From Christensenella sp. MSJ-20 (GTDB taxonomy: Bacteria > Bacillota > Clostridia > Christensenellales > QAND01): 24,000 nucleotides of DNA. How positions within the stretch are numbered: the stretch's first letter is position 1; each line of letters begins with the position of its first letter. A model generated the notes under the pieces. The model did no database searches and was not told the DNA's origin. It saw nothing but the letters and a program-made list of their open reading frames with translations. The position numbers were made by a program, and so were the translations under genes. Location: contig NZ_CP076563.1 in assembly GCF_044357945.1 (NCBI RefSeq), forward strand, positions 1,052,714 to 1,076,713. The letters run 5' to 3'. This document shows positions 1-7,191 of this stretch, piece after piece.

Positions 1-567
1 CAGCACTCGTTCCACCGGCGCAATGCCGCTGGGAATGGGAACGCTGCCCTGAATCTCCCCCGTTAGGGACATCCGCCGAGCGCTGCGGGTAAAGTGCGCC
101 TCGGCGGGAAGGGCGCTCATATTTTGAGGCGCGTCCTCAAAGGCCAAAGCCAAAAGGGGCACATCCTCCTCCAATACGCAGCACAGATCCACAATGGCAT
201 GGACGGAGAGATCCCGTCCGCTGCCCAGGGTGTATTCTACGGCGCTGGGTAGCGCCTCTACGACGCAGCCCATACCGGGCTGTGCCCCCTCCACCTCCAC
301 GGTACTGCGGAATACCGATGTGGATTCAAAGGAATGGGTCAGCCCATCGGCACAGAGATAGCAGATCAAAAGGGTAAGATTCCCCTCTACCGCCACCCTG
401 CCCTGATCCGGCTCGGCGGACGCCACCTCGGCGTAGGGCGTTACCATCAGGATGCGAGCCATCTCCGGCATGCCCGCCGGCAGAATGGCCGACCCTTCCA
501 CCACAGCCTGGGATAGATCGCCCACCAAATGGTTCAATATCTTTTTTTCATTCTGTATTTGTTCCAT
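1..567 (-). CDS. DUF3794/SPOCS-domain protein (SpoVID/SipL-type repeat). The N-terminus is in the window and the C-terminus runs off the left edge.
   Basis: This ORF is not in the track because no stop lies inside the window. My hand translation of the minus strand is open from the ATG at 567..565 to position 1 (MEQIQNEKKILNHLVGDLSQAVVEGSAILPAGMPEMARILMV...VAVEGNLTLLICYL...). A GGGGG Shine-Dalgarno sits 6 nt upstream. The pattern (P-x-M/I-x-R-I/V-L, then V-x-V-E-G, then a long beta-like stretch) restarts near the end (SVPIPSGIAPVERVL), as in tandem SPOCS domains. The family call is from memory of the domain pattern. Confidence 0.55.
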   Translation of the reverse strand, partial: MEQIQNEKKILNHLVGDLSQAVVEGSAILPAGMPEMARILMVTPYAEVASAEPDQGRVAVEGNLTLLICYLCADGLTHSFESTSVFRSTVEVEGAQPGMGCVVEALPSAVEYTLGSGRDLSVHAIVDLCCVLEEDVPLLALAFEDAPQNMSALPAEAHFTRSARRMSLTGEIQGSVPIPSGIAPVERVL

Positions 568-686
568 GCCATTACCCCCAGTCGATTGGTGATATAGCTG
601 CACACTATATCTACCTAAACCTATTTCACCGGGCCCATAAATATGATAGAAAAAAGCAATTTTCAAGGGCTCTGCCGCTATGGCCC

Positions 687-716
687 AAAAAAGGAAAAGG
701 GAAGCCGCCGCTTCCC
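687..716 (-). terminator. Rho-independent terminator downstream of veg
   Basis: On the minus strand, the veg stop is followed directly by GGGAAGC-GGCG-GCTTCCC and then TTTTCCTTTTTT. Confidence 0.7.
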
Positions 717-717
717 G

Positions 718-948
718 TTATTCCATAATCTTCAGTTCCAGATTCCGGGTGAGGATATCCCCATAGGTATAGCTGAGGACCCCCGTGGTTCCATCATCCT
801 GTATTTGAATGGTAAAGACGCTGGGAAAGGTCTGGTTGATGACCCCTTCGTTTACCACGCTCTTGCTCCGGCCCCGTTTGGCTTTTACCCAAACCTTTTT
901 GCCGATATTCCGCTCCATCTCCTGTTTGATGCGCTCCAATTCCGTCAT
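718..948 (-). CDS. veg: Veg (DUF1021) small biofilm/sporulation-associated protein
   Basis: The 76-aa translation MTELERIKQEMERNIGKKVWVKAKRGRSKSVVNEGVI...TYGDILTRNLEL matches the conserved Veg pattern. A GGAGGTG Shine-Dalgarno lies 6 nt upstream of the ATG. Confidence 0.9.
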   Translation of the reverse strand: MTELERIKQEMERNIGKKVWVKAKRGRSKSVVNEGVINQTFPSVFTIQIQDDGTTGVLSYTYGDILTRNLELKIME

Positions 949-1033
949 TGCTTCACCTCCGGCTCATTTTTAGCATAACCGGAAAAGCCGCCGGATATTC
1001 CCAAAACGTGCAAAATCCGCCGGGGAAACATGG

Positions 1034-1061
1034 AAAAAGCCGTCCGCCAAAGGCGGACGGC
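1034..1061 (-). terminator. Rho-independent terminator downstream of spo0A
   Basis: On the minus strand, GCCGTCCGCC-TTT-GGCGGACGGC (10-bp GC stem) is followed by TTTTT. It lies about 37 nt after the spo0A stop. Confidence 0.75.
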
Positions 1062-1097
1062 AGGGAATGGCAAACGCCGGAACACGCTTACAAAGCC

Positions 1098-1862
1098 TTA
1101 AGCGCTCTGCTCCATGGAAAGCTTGTCGGCAACCAAAGCGATGAACTCCCCATTGGTGGGCTTATCGTTCTTGGTGTAGATATTAAAACCAAAGATGCGG
1201 TTGATGTTCTCGATCTTTCCGCGGGACCAGGCCACATCGATGGCGTGGCGGATGGCACGCTCTACCTTGCTGGGTGTGGTTTCAAAATGCTCGGCGATGG
1301 CAGGATACAATTCCTTGGTAATGCGATTGATGATGCCGCTGTTCTCCACCACCAGCCGAACGCCATACCGCAAATAATGATACCCTTTGATGTGGGCGGG
1401 AATCCCCACCATCAAAAATACATTGGTGATCTTCTCATCCAGCGGTTTGGCAACCGGCACAGATACGCTTCCCGTTAGGCGCTGTCCGTTCTTCAGGCCC
1501 AGAAGTTCCAAAGTCCGTTTGTAAAGGCTTTCCACGTTAAGGGGCTTAACCATGTAATAGTTCGCCCCCAAGTTACAGGCTTTGTGCACCACGTCCTCCA
1601 ACCCTAAAGCGGAGATTACGATGATGCCGGGCTTCGTTTCCCCCATCTCCGCAGCCCGCTCCAGAAGGGAGAATCCATCCAGGTTGGGCATAACCAGGTC
1701 CGTGATCAACACGTCCGCCTCCTGCAGGTGGTCAAGGGCACCGCCGCCGTCATATACGGCAGCCAGGACTTCTACCTCATCCCGCTCCCGAAAATAGGCG
1801 GCGAGCGTGTTGCAGAGTTCAGCGTTGTCCTCTGCAATAAGCACCTTCTTTTTCCCTTTCAT
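1098..1862 (-). CDS. spo0A: Spo0A, master sporulation response regulator
   Basis: The protein has an N-terminal receiver domain (VLIAEDN..., DVLITDLVMPNLDG). Its C-terminal Spo0A-specific DNA-binding domain shows hallmark strings GIPAHIKGYHYLR, ITKELYPAIAEHF and TPSKVERAIRHAIDVAWSRG. A GGAGG Shine-Dalgarno precedes the ATG. Confidence 0.95.
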   Translation of the reverse strand: MKGKKKVLIAEDNAELCNTLAAYFRERDEVEVLAAVYDGGGALDHLQEADVLITDLVMPNLDGFSLLERAAEMGETKPGIIVISALGLEDVVHKACNLGANYYMVKPLNVESLYKRTLELLGLKNGQRLTGSVSVPVAKPLDEKITNVFLMVGIPAHIKGYHYLRYGVRLVVENSGIINRITKELYPAIAEHFETTPSKVERAIRHAIDVAWSRGKIENINRIFGFNIYTKNDKPTNGEFIALVADKLSMEQSA

Positions 1863-1897
1863 CCTCTTTCCTCCAAAAAATTATTTGCAGCATTTTT

Positions 1898-1904
1898 TGA
1901 CGAA
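1898..1904 (+). promoter_or_regulatory. Candidate 0A box (TGACGAA, fits TGNCGAA) between the putative spo0A promoter and the spo0A start
   Basis: This is an exact match to the relaxed 0A-box consensus, read on the plus strand, about 36 nt upstream of the spo0A ATG. A 7-mer alone is weak evidence. Confidence 0.3.
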
Positions 1905-1976
1905 CGGAAATATGGAAAACCCACAACATCTTGGGATATTCTTGTAAAACCAGTAAATTTATGTATATATATTGAG

Positions 1977-2004
1977 ATATTAGCACATTTCTCAGGAAAA
2001 GCAA
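1977..2004 (-). promoter_or_regulatory. Putative sigma-A promoter for spo0A (-35 TTGCTT, 16-nt spacer, TGc-TAATAT extended -10)
   Basis: Read on the minus strand in the AT-rich spo0A/PBP divergent region. The call is by pattern match only. Confidence 0.35.
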
Positions 2005-2050
2005 CGGATAATATTTATTATTTGCCACATAACGTGAATAATCATAAAAA

Positions 2051-2057
2051 TTCGACA
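2051..2057 (-). promoter_or_regulatory. Consensus 0A box TGTCGAA upstream of spo0A
   Basis: The plus strand reads TTCGACA, which is TGTCGAA on the spo0A-sense strand. It lies about 190 nt upstream of the spo0A ATG and about 47 nt upstream of the putative -35. Confidence 0.45.
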
Positions 2058-2166
2058 AGAAATCACAAAAATAGTGACCCCAAAAAACGCAGCTTCGCCA
2101 TTTGGTAAGTTTTTGTCCCACTTCCTCAGGGCATACTGAATACAGTTCAAAAAGGGGTGGTGCTCT

Positions 2167-4770
2167 GTGAAAAATCGAATCTTCTACGGTTCCCGCAGGC
2201 TGCTTTTGGTCTTTGGCGTCCTGTTCCTCAGCCTGGCGCTCACGGTGGTCAGTACCCAAGTATTCCAGCATGAGAGCTACCTTGCCATGGCGCAAAGCGC
2301 CCTAGTCCGCAACATCCCGGTGGACGGCAACCGGGGCCGGATCCTAGACCGCAATGGCAAGGTATTGGCCCAAAACAAACCCAGCTATACCATCGATCTA
2401 TACGCATACGATCAAGACGGCGATACCGTCAATCGTTCAATTTACGGCGCGCTCAGCATTCTCGGCCGCTATTCGGACGTCACCTATCTATGCGAGCTCC
2501 CCATCGCCTACGACGGCGATGCCATGATCTACCGCTGTGATGAAATCGATCAATACCTTACGGAACAGGAGCTCCCCTCCTCCGCCTCCCCAGAGGAAGC
2601 GCTTTCCCTTCTCTACGCCCGGTACGGCGTTGGCGCCCTTCCCCCTCGGCAGGCATATGGCTGCCTCTCCCTGATCCTGGGCAGCCAGGAGGGGGGAGAT
2701 GCCTACCGCAATCTCAGCGACCACTCCCTTCATCAGCTTATGGATCTCTGCCAAAAAGCTGGTATCCAGGTCCAGGTGAACGGCACATCCGCCTCCCTCT
2801 CCCTGGGATCCTCCATCCAGGCGGACGTTCTTTTATCCTTTATCGATGGCTGTGAAAACACCCTGGGAGCACCTCCCTATCAAAACGCCATCCCCATGAG
2901 CGGACCAGAGAGTCCCCAGTGGCATACCGCCTCCATCAAACGGCTCAAATCCTTTTTATCCCTGCCCGCCGATGCCTCCGCCCAACAGGTGGCGGATACC
3001 CTAATGGCCAAGTATCGGGCGGAGGCCTACAACGGGACCCCCTATCTGTTGGACCTTCTGGCCATCCGGTATGCGGCCTCGGGCAACTATTACAAGCGGT
3101 ACAATCCCCTCCCCATCGCGAAAACCCTGGACTACAACATCTGCGCCGTTCTAGAGGAAAACGCCCTGTCCCTGCCGGGCATCGCGGTATCCCAGTCCTC
3201 CATTCGAGAATACCCAGAGGGCAATCTGCTCTCCCAGGTTTTGGGCTATACCGGCCGGATCACCGCCGCCCTGGAGGAGGAAATGATGGCCAAAGGCTAC
3301 CGCCCCACCGACACCGTGGGTCGGGACGGATTGGAGCGGATTTTAGAGGATGTCCTCCACGCCATACCCGGGGAAAACGCCATCATGGTGGATAGCCTGG
3401 GCCGCAACACCCAAACCCTGTCCAGCACCCCGCCCCAGGATGGCAAGGACGTGGTGCTGACCATCGATCTCAACCTGCAGAAAGCCGCTCAGGAAAGCCT
3501 GTCCCAGACCATGGCCCAGCTCCGGGAAACCGGATATCCCAAAGCCCAGGTGGGAGCTGCCGTGGCCGTGGACGTCAATTCCGGCGAAATCCTCTGCATG
3601 GTTTCGGAGCCAGGCTATGACCCCAACGTATTTTCCAGCGCCATCAGTGAAGAGGTCTGGGCGCAGCTGAGCCCTCAATACCTGGATGAGGACGGCGAAA
3701 GCGATCCCGACCCCACTCTAGCGCGGCCCATGGTCAATGTAGCCACCGCCTCCATCTTCCCCCCGGGCAGCACCTACAAGCCCTTTGTGGCGGCGGCCCT
3801 TTTGGAAAACGGCATCGTAACCCCCAGCACCACCATCTTGGATCGGGGCCGGTATACCGGGTTTTCCACCACCCAGGCGCCCGGATGCTGGCTATACAAT
3901 CAAAACGCCGGCACCCATGGATATGAAACCGTATCCGATGCCCTGGCCCATTCCTGCAACTACTATTTCTATGATGCCGCGGTCCGTTTGGGCAGCAACG
4001 CCCTTGGAGAATACGTCAAAAAATTTGGATTTGGGACCAGCACCGGGGTGGAATGCCTCTATGACGCCGCTGGAATCGTGGGCGGCGAGGCCTATACCAG
4101 CGCTTACCTGGCCAACATCATGAAGCAAAAGCTGATGTCTCTAGGAGTGGAGGAATCGGACGCGAGGGAAATCGGCCGTGAGATGGTGGATACCCCCACC
4201 CTCTCCAACGCAAAAAGGCTTCTCCATCCCCTGGGATTGGAGGCGCGCACAGTTGAAACCCTATATGAGTACGTCAACAACCACCGGTATCGGGAAAGCC
4301 AGGTATTGTCCCTTGCAATCGGTCAGGGGGAAAACAGCTTCTCCGTCCTTCAGATGGCAAACGCCACGGCGGCCCTCAGCAAAAAAGGACTCCGGTACGC
4401 CCCCACCCTGATCAAATCCATAGACGGCCAGGAGCAGCAAAAACGGATTCTGTCCCAACCCTTTTTATCGGACAGCACCTATGCCGCCATCTCCCAGGGG
4501 ATGCAGCGGGTGGTGCAGAGCGGCGGTACGGCAGCGGGGGCATTTGCTGGCCTGCCCATCGGGGTTGCCGCTAAAACCGGTACCGCCGAAGCGGATGGGA
4601 AGGACAACTATGGTTGGTTTATCGCCTATGCCCCGGCGGAGGATCCTCAGATCGCCGTGGCGGTGATGATCGCCCAAAGCGGCGGAGGCAACACCTGTAT
4701 CCCCGTGGTTCGAACGATTTTTGAACAGTATTTCGGTCTCGGCGAAACCCCAGCAAACCATCGGGAATAG
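2167..4770 (+). CDS. Class-B penicillin-binding protein (PBP2/SpoVD-type transpeptidase) with an enlarged N-terminal module
   Basis: A GTG start follows AAAGGGGTGG, and there is one N-terminal TM segment (LLLVFGVLFLSLALTVV). The dimerisation-domain signature GNRGRILDRNGKVLAQN is present. The three transpeptidase motifs are present: GSTYKPF (SxxK), HSCNYY (SxN) and AKTGTAE (KTG). Confidence 0.9.
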   Translation: MKNRIFYGSRRLLLVFGVLFLSLALTVVSTQVFQHESYLAMAQSALVRNIPVDGNRGRILDRNGKVLAQNKPSYTIDLYAYDQDGDTVNRSIYGALSILGRYSDVTYLCELPIAYDGDAMIYRCDEIDQYLTEQELPSSASPEEALSLLYARYGVGALPPRQAYGCLSLILGSQEGGDAYRNLSDHSLHQLMDLCQKAGIQVQVNGTSASLSLGSSIQADVLLSFIDGCENTLGAPPYQNAIPMSGPESPQWHTASIKRLKSFLSLPADASAQQVADTLMAKYRAEAYNGTPYLLDLLAIRYAASGNYYKRYNPLPIAKTLDYNICAVLEENALSLPGIAVSQSSIREYPEGNLLSQVLGYTGRITAALEEEMMAKGYRPTDTVGRDGLERILEDVLHAIPGENAIMVDSLGRNTQTLSSTPPQDGKDVVLTIDLNLQKAAQESLSQTMAQLRETGYPKAQVGAAVAVDVNSGEILCMVSEPGYDPNVFSSAISEEVWAQLSPQYLDEDGESDPDPTLARPMVNVATASIFPPGSTYKPFVAAALLENGIVTPSTTILDRGRYTGFSTTQAPGCWLYNQNAGTHGYETVSDALAHSCNYYFYDAAVRLGSNALGEYVKKFGFGTSTGVECLYDAAGIVGGEAYTSAYLANIMKQKLMSLGVEESDAREIGREMVDTPTLSNAKRLLHPLGLEARTVETLYEYVNNHRYRESQVLSLAIGQGENSFSVLQMANATAALSKKGLRYAPTLIKSIDGQEQQKRILSQPFLSDSTYAAISQGMQRVVQSGGTAAGAFAGLPIGVAAKTGTAEADGKDNYGWFIAYAPAEDPQIAVAVMIAQSGGGNTCIPVVRTIFEQYFGLGETPANHRE

Positions 4771-4780
4771 CGTGCAACAA

Positions 4781-4803
4781 GGGCCCGGCGCAGCGCCGGG
4801 CCC
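4781..4803. terminator. GC-rich hairpin between convergent genes (possible bidirectional terminator with a weak U-tract)
   Basis: The hairpin is GGGCCCGGCG-CAG-CGCCGGGCCC, a 10-bp perfect stem between the PBP stop (4770) and the acidic-protein stop (4811). Only a short T run follows on either strand. Confidence 0.45.
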
Positions 4804-4810
4804 ATTTCCA

Positions 4811-6178
4811 CTAAATCCGAAGCGGTCTCCCGGTGTCGTTGTCCTGGGCCAGCACCCAGCACTGACCCTTGCGGGTAAATCCCTTCAAATGGGGCGGCGC
4901 CGCGGGATTGCCAAAGCTAGGAACCGCCACTGCCCGGCCGGTGACACGGCCATCGGCTTCCCGGAAGGTGCCCAGATAATAATAGAAGCCGCCGCTTTCG
5001 TCATAGTTGACTCGGTCCCAGTCCCAGTCCTCCATTCCCGACAGCTCAGGGGGCGCCACATGGGCTTCCCGGACGGGTGTAGGCGCATAGCGCCAGGGGC
5101 GCTCCTTGGGCACGGACACCGTCTCTTCCGCTATGGATTCCCATCCCGTTTCGGGCTCCCCAAAAAGAGGGCTTTCCCCCTGAGGGGCGCCAATCTTCTC
5201 CTCTAAGGCCCGGTCCTCCTGGTATTCGGGTTGCGGCTCCCCCAGAACTTCCTCCTCAAGATAGCTCTCCTCCAAATTGCGCAGTTCCTCTGCCATGGCG
5301 CTCTTGGATACCCGGATCTCCTGGTCCCTGCCGTCAGTGCCGATGACAAAGATGGTCATATCCTCCTCTTCCGTCTGGGCGGCCTGCGCCATGGCCTCCT
5401 CCATAAAGCCATCCGCTTCCCATGACGTTTCCTCCCCCGGCTTCTCCTCCTCAAACAACGCGGAAGCCGTCTCCTGCTCCGATTGCGTCTCTTGCCCCGC
5501 CGCATCCGCAGTGGCCTCTTCCGGCTCCGGAGCCGTCAAAACAGCTTTGTGATCTGGATGAAATTCCAGCTCCTCCGACACCGTCTCGGCCACGGTACTC
5601 ACGGCAGGCTCTGTCGGCCCGTCATTGGGCTCCGGTAGTTGCCAATCCACAACCTGGCCGGATTCCGCTGCGGCCTCTTCCGCAACCACGGCCTCCTCTG
5701 CTTCCTCCGGTTCGGCTTCTTCGCCCTGCCCAAAAGCCTCTAAACTGGCTTTGGGCTCCATGTCCCCCCTCTCCGCCGCCGGCATGTCTTCGGGTATGGC
5801 GTCGGCCTCCTTCCGTTCTCGATTCCGTTTTGCGATATATCCCATAATTCGGTATTCCAGACTGGTCCAATCCTCAGGTCTTCCACCCGACTCCCCAGCC
5901 AAAAGGACGCGCCCCTCCTGATCCACCACCGCAGCTAGGATGCGCCCCTGATCCAAACCCGTAATCCCTGTATCGGCGGATAGTCCCCCTGCGGCCGGCT
6001 CCAGGGGAACGTGAAAAAAATGTCCGTTTTCCAACAGCAAAAGCTCTCCCGCCAAAATCCCCCGGATCTGGGCGCTTACCGCCGCTTCCTTTCCCCGATA
6101 CTGAATCCCAATCCTTCCCGAGGCTCTTCCTCCCCGTATCCCACGCAGCAGGATATTCCGTCTCACAACCGCCATCAT
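4811..6178 (-). CDS. Hypothetical protein: small N-terminal domain, long Glu/Ala/Pro-rich acidic linker, conserved-looking C-terminal domain
   Basis: The track ORF runs 4811..6304. I prefer the ATG-ATG at 6178 because GGAGGAGGAGG lies 6 nt upstream, whereas the 6304, 6259 and 6235 starts lack a Shine-Dalgarno. Hand-read codons are GC3-rich like neighbouring genes. I recognised no family. Confidence 0.6.
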   Translation of the reverse strand: MMAVVRRNILLRGIRGGRASGRIGIQYRGKEAAVSAQIRGILAGELLLLENGHFFHVPLEPAAGGLSADTGITGLDQGRILAAVVDQEGRVLLAGESGGRPEDWTSLEYRIMGYIAKRNRERKEADAIPEDMPAAERGDMEPKASLEAFGQGEEAEPEEAEEAVVAEEAAAESGQVVDWQLPEPNDGPTEPAVSTVAETVSEELEFHPDHKAVLTAPEPEEATADAAGQETQSEQETASALFEEEKPGEETSWEADGFMEEAMAQAAQTEEEDMTIFVIGTDGRDQEIRVSKSAMAEELRNLEESYLEEEVLGEPQPEYQEDRALEEKIGAPQGESPLFGEPETGWESIAEETVSVPKERPWRYAPTPVREAHVAPPELSGMEDWDWDRVNYDESGGFYYYLGTFREADGRVTGRAVAVPSFGNPAAPPHLKGFTRKGQCWVLAQDNDTGRPLRI

Positions 6179-6392
6179 CCAGCACCTCCTCCTCCATGGA
6201 TATGCGCCCCTGAACCCAGGGTATACATATTCCATAAGAAAAAGAGCCAAGCTTGGCATCCTGTCCCGATTGCCGTATTTTTGCACAAAAGGCCGTTTTC
6301 GCATTCCAGAACCGTTATTTTAAAATATCTCCACTTCGCCCAACGGAGCAAAAAAGCGGAGCTTTACAGGTAGTTCACCTTTTGTTTATCCC

Positions 6393-6421
6393 TTTCAACT
6401 TAAGCAAAACGATAATATAAT
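6393..6421 (+). promoter_or_regulatory. Putative sigma-A promoter for the GNAT gene (-35 TTTCAA, 17 nt, -10 TATAAT)
   Basis: A consensus -10 TATAAT at 6416..6421 lies 35 nt upstream of the ATG in an AT-rich spacer. Confidence 0.4.
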
Positions 6422-6455
6422 GTTGCTCAAAAGGATAACCATCAATTAAGGAAGA

Positions 6456-6989
6456 ATGGAAATGTTTTTCAAACGTATTACGGATGTATCAGACTCCACC
6501 TACCATGAGGGGATAAAGCTATATCGCATCAGTTCTCCCGATCATGAACAGCGAGAGGCAAGTTCTCAGACGCAGATCTTACAAGATGACGAATATCACT
6601 TCAACGCAATATACGATGAAGATATCTTTGTCGGCTTGATTCTGTATTGGGAAAATGACCGGTTCATTTATATTGAACATTTCTGCATTCTTCCGGATAT
6701 GCGAAACAAACAATATGGACAGAAAACCTTAGCGCTTTTGAGGGAACAGAACAAAACATTGATCCTTGAGATCGATCCTCCAGACGATGACATTTCTAAG
6801 CGTAGAAAAGGCTTTTACGAAAGATGTGGTTTCACAGAAAATCTCTTCGCCCACATACACCCACCATACCACAAGGAAAATGAAGGGCACCGTTTAATTC
6901 TCATGACCAGTCCAAAACGGATTTCACAGGATACCTTCGATGCCTTTGTCCAGTATTTAAACAATAACGTTATGAAAAATGCATTTTGA
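6456..6989 (+). CDS. GNAT-family N-acetyltransferase
   Basis: The 177-aa translation has an acetyl-CoA binding-type segment (IEHFCILPDMRNKQYGQKTL) and the C-terminal FYERCGF motif typical of GNAT folds. The gene is markedly more AT-rich than its neighbours. Confidence 0.75.
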   Translation: MEMFFKRITDVSDSTYHEGIKLYRISSPDHEQREASSQTQILQDDEYHFNAIYDEDIFVGLILYWENDRFIYIEHFCILPDMRNKQYGQKTLALLREQNKTLILEIDPPDDDISKRRKGFYERCGFTENLFAHIHPPYHKENEGHRLILMTSPKRISQDTFDAFVQYLNNNVMKNAF

Positions 6990-7096
6990 TAGAACCGCAA
7001 ACAAATTTAGGGACGTCCATTTCCTGAGCAGATTTGCCCACGATTGTTCAAGATATAGAACGCGGTATCCCGCAAAATACCAGCCGATCCCGCAGC

Positions 7097-7137
7097 AAAA
7101 AGCGCCCACCCCATTCCAAGCGGGGTGGGCGCTTTTT
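7097..7137. terminator. Bidirectional rho-independent terminator (ends the GNAT gene and the lar operon)
   Basis: The structure is AAAAA-AGCGCCCACCCC-(9-nt loop)-GGGGTGGGCGCT-TTTTT, a 12-bp stem flanked by an A run and a T run. It lies between the convergent GNAT (+) and larC (-) ends. Confidence 0.85.
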
Positions 7138-7191
7138 GCGATGTGCTAAATTGCTCAATCCGATGACATCGGCTCCCCATGGCTCCCTTCC

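Noticed and set aside
334-978. Plus-strand ORFs 334..516 and 643..978
   Set aside because: They are antisense to the SPOCS-domain gene and to veg respectively. They have no Shine-Dalgarno and their composition is typical of shadow ORFs.
6308-6997. 7-bp direct repeat AGAACCG at 6308..6314 and 6991..6997 flanking the AT-rich GNAT islet, a possible target-site duplication
   Set aside because: A single 7-mer match within two short windows is plausibly chance. No inverted terminal repeats, integrase or transposase accompany it. It is worth checking only if comparative genomics shows the islet is an insertion with these exact ends.
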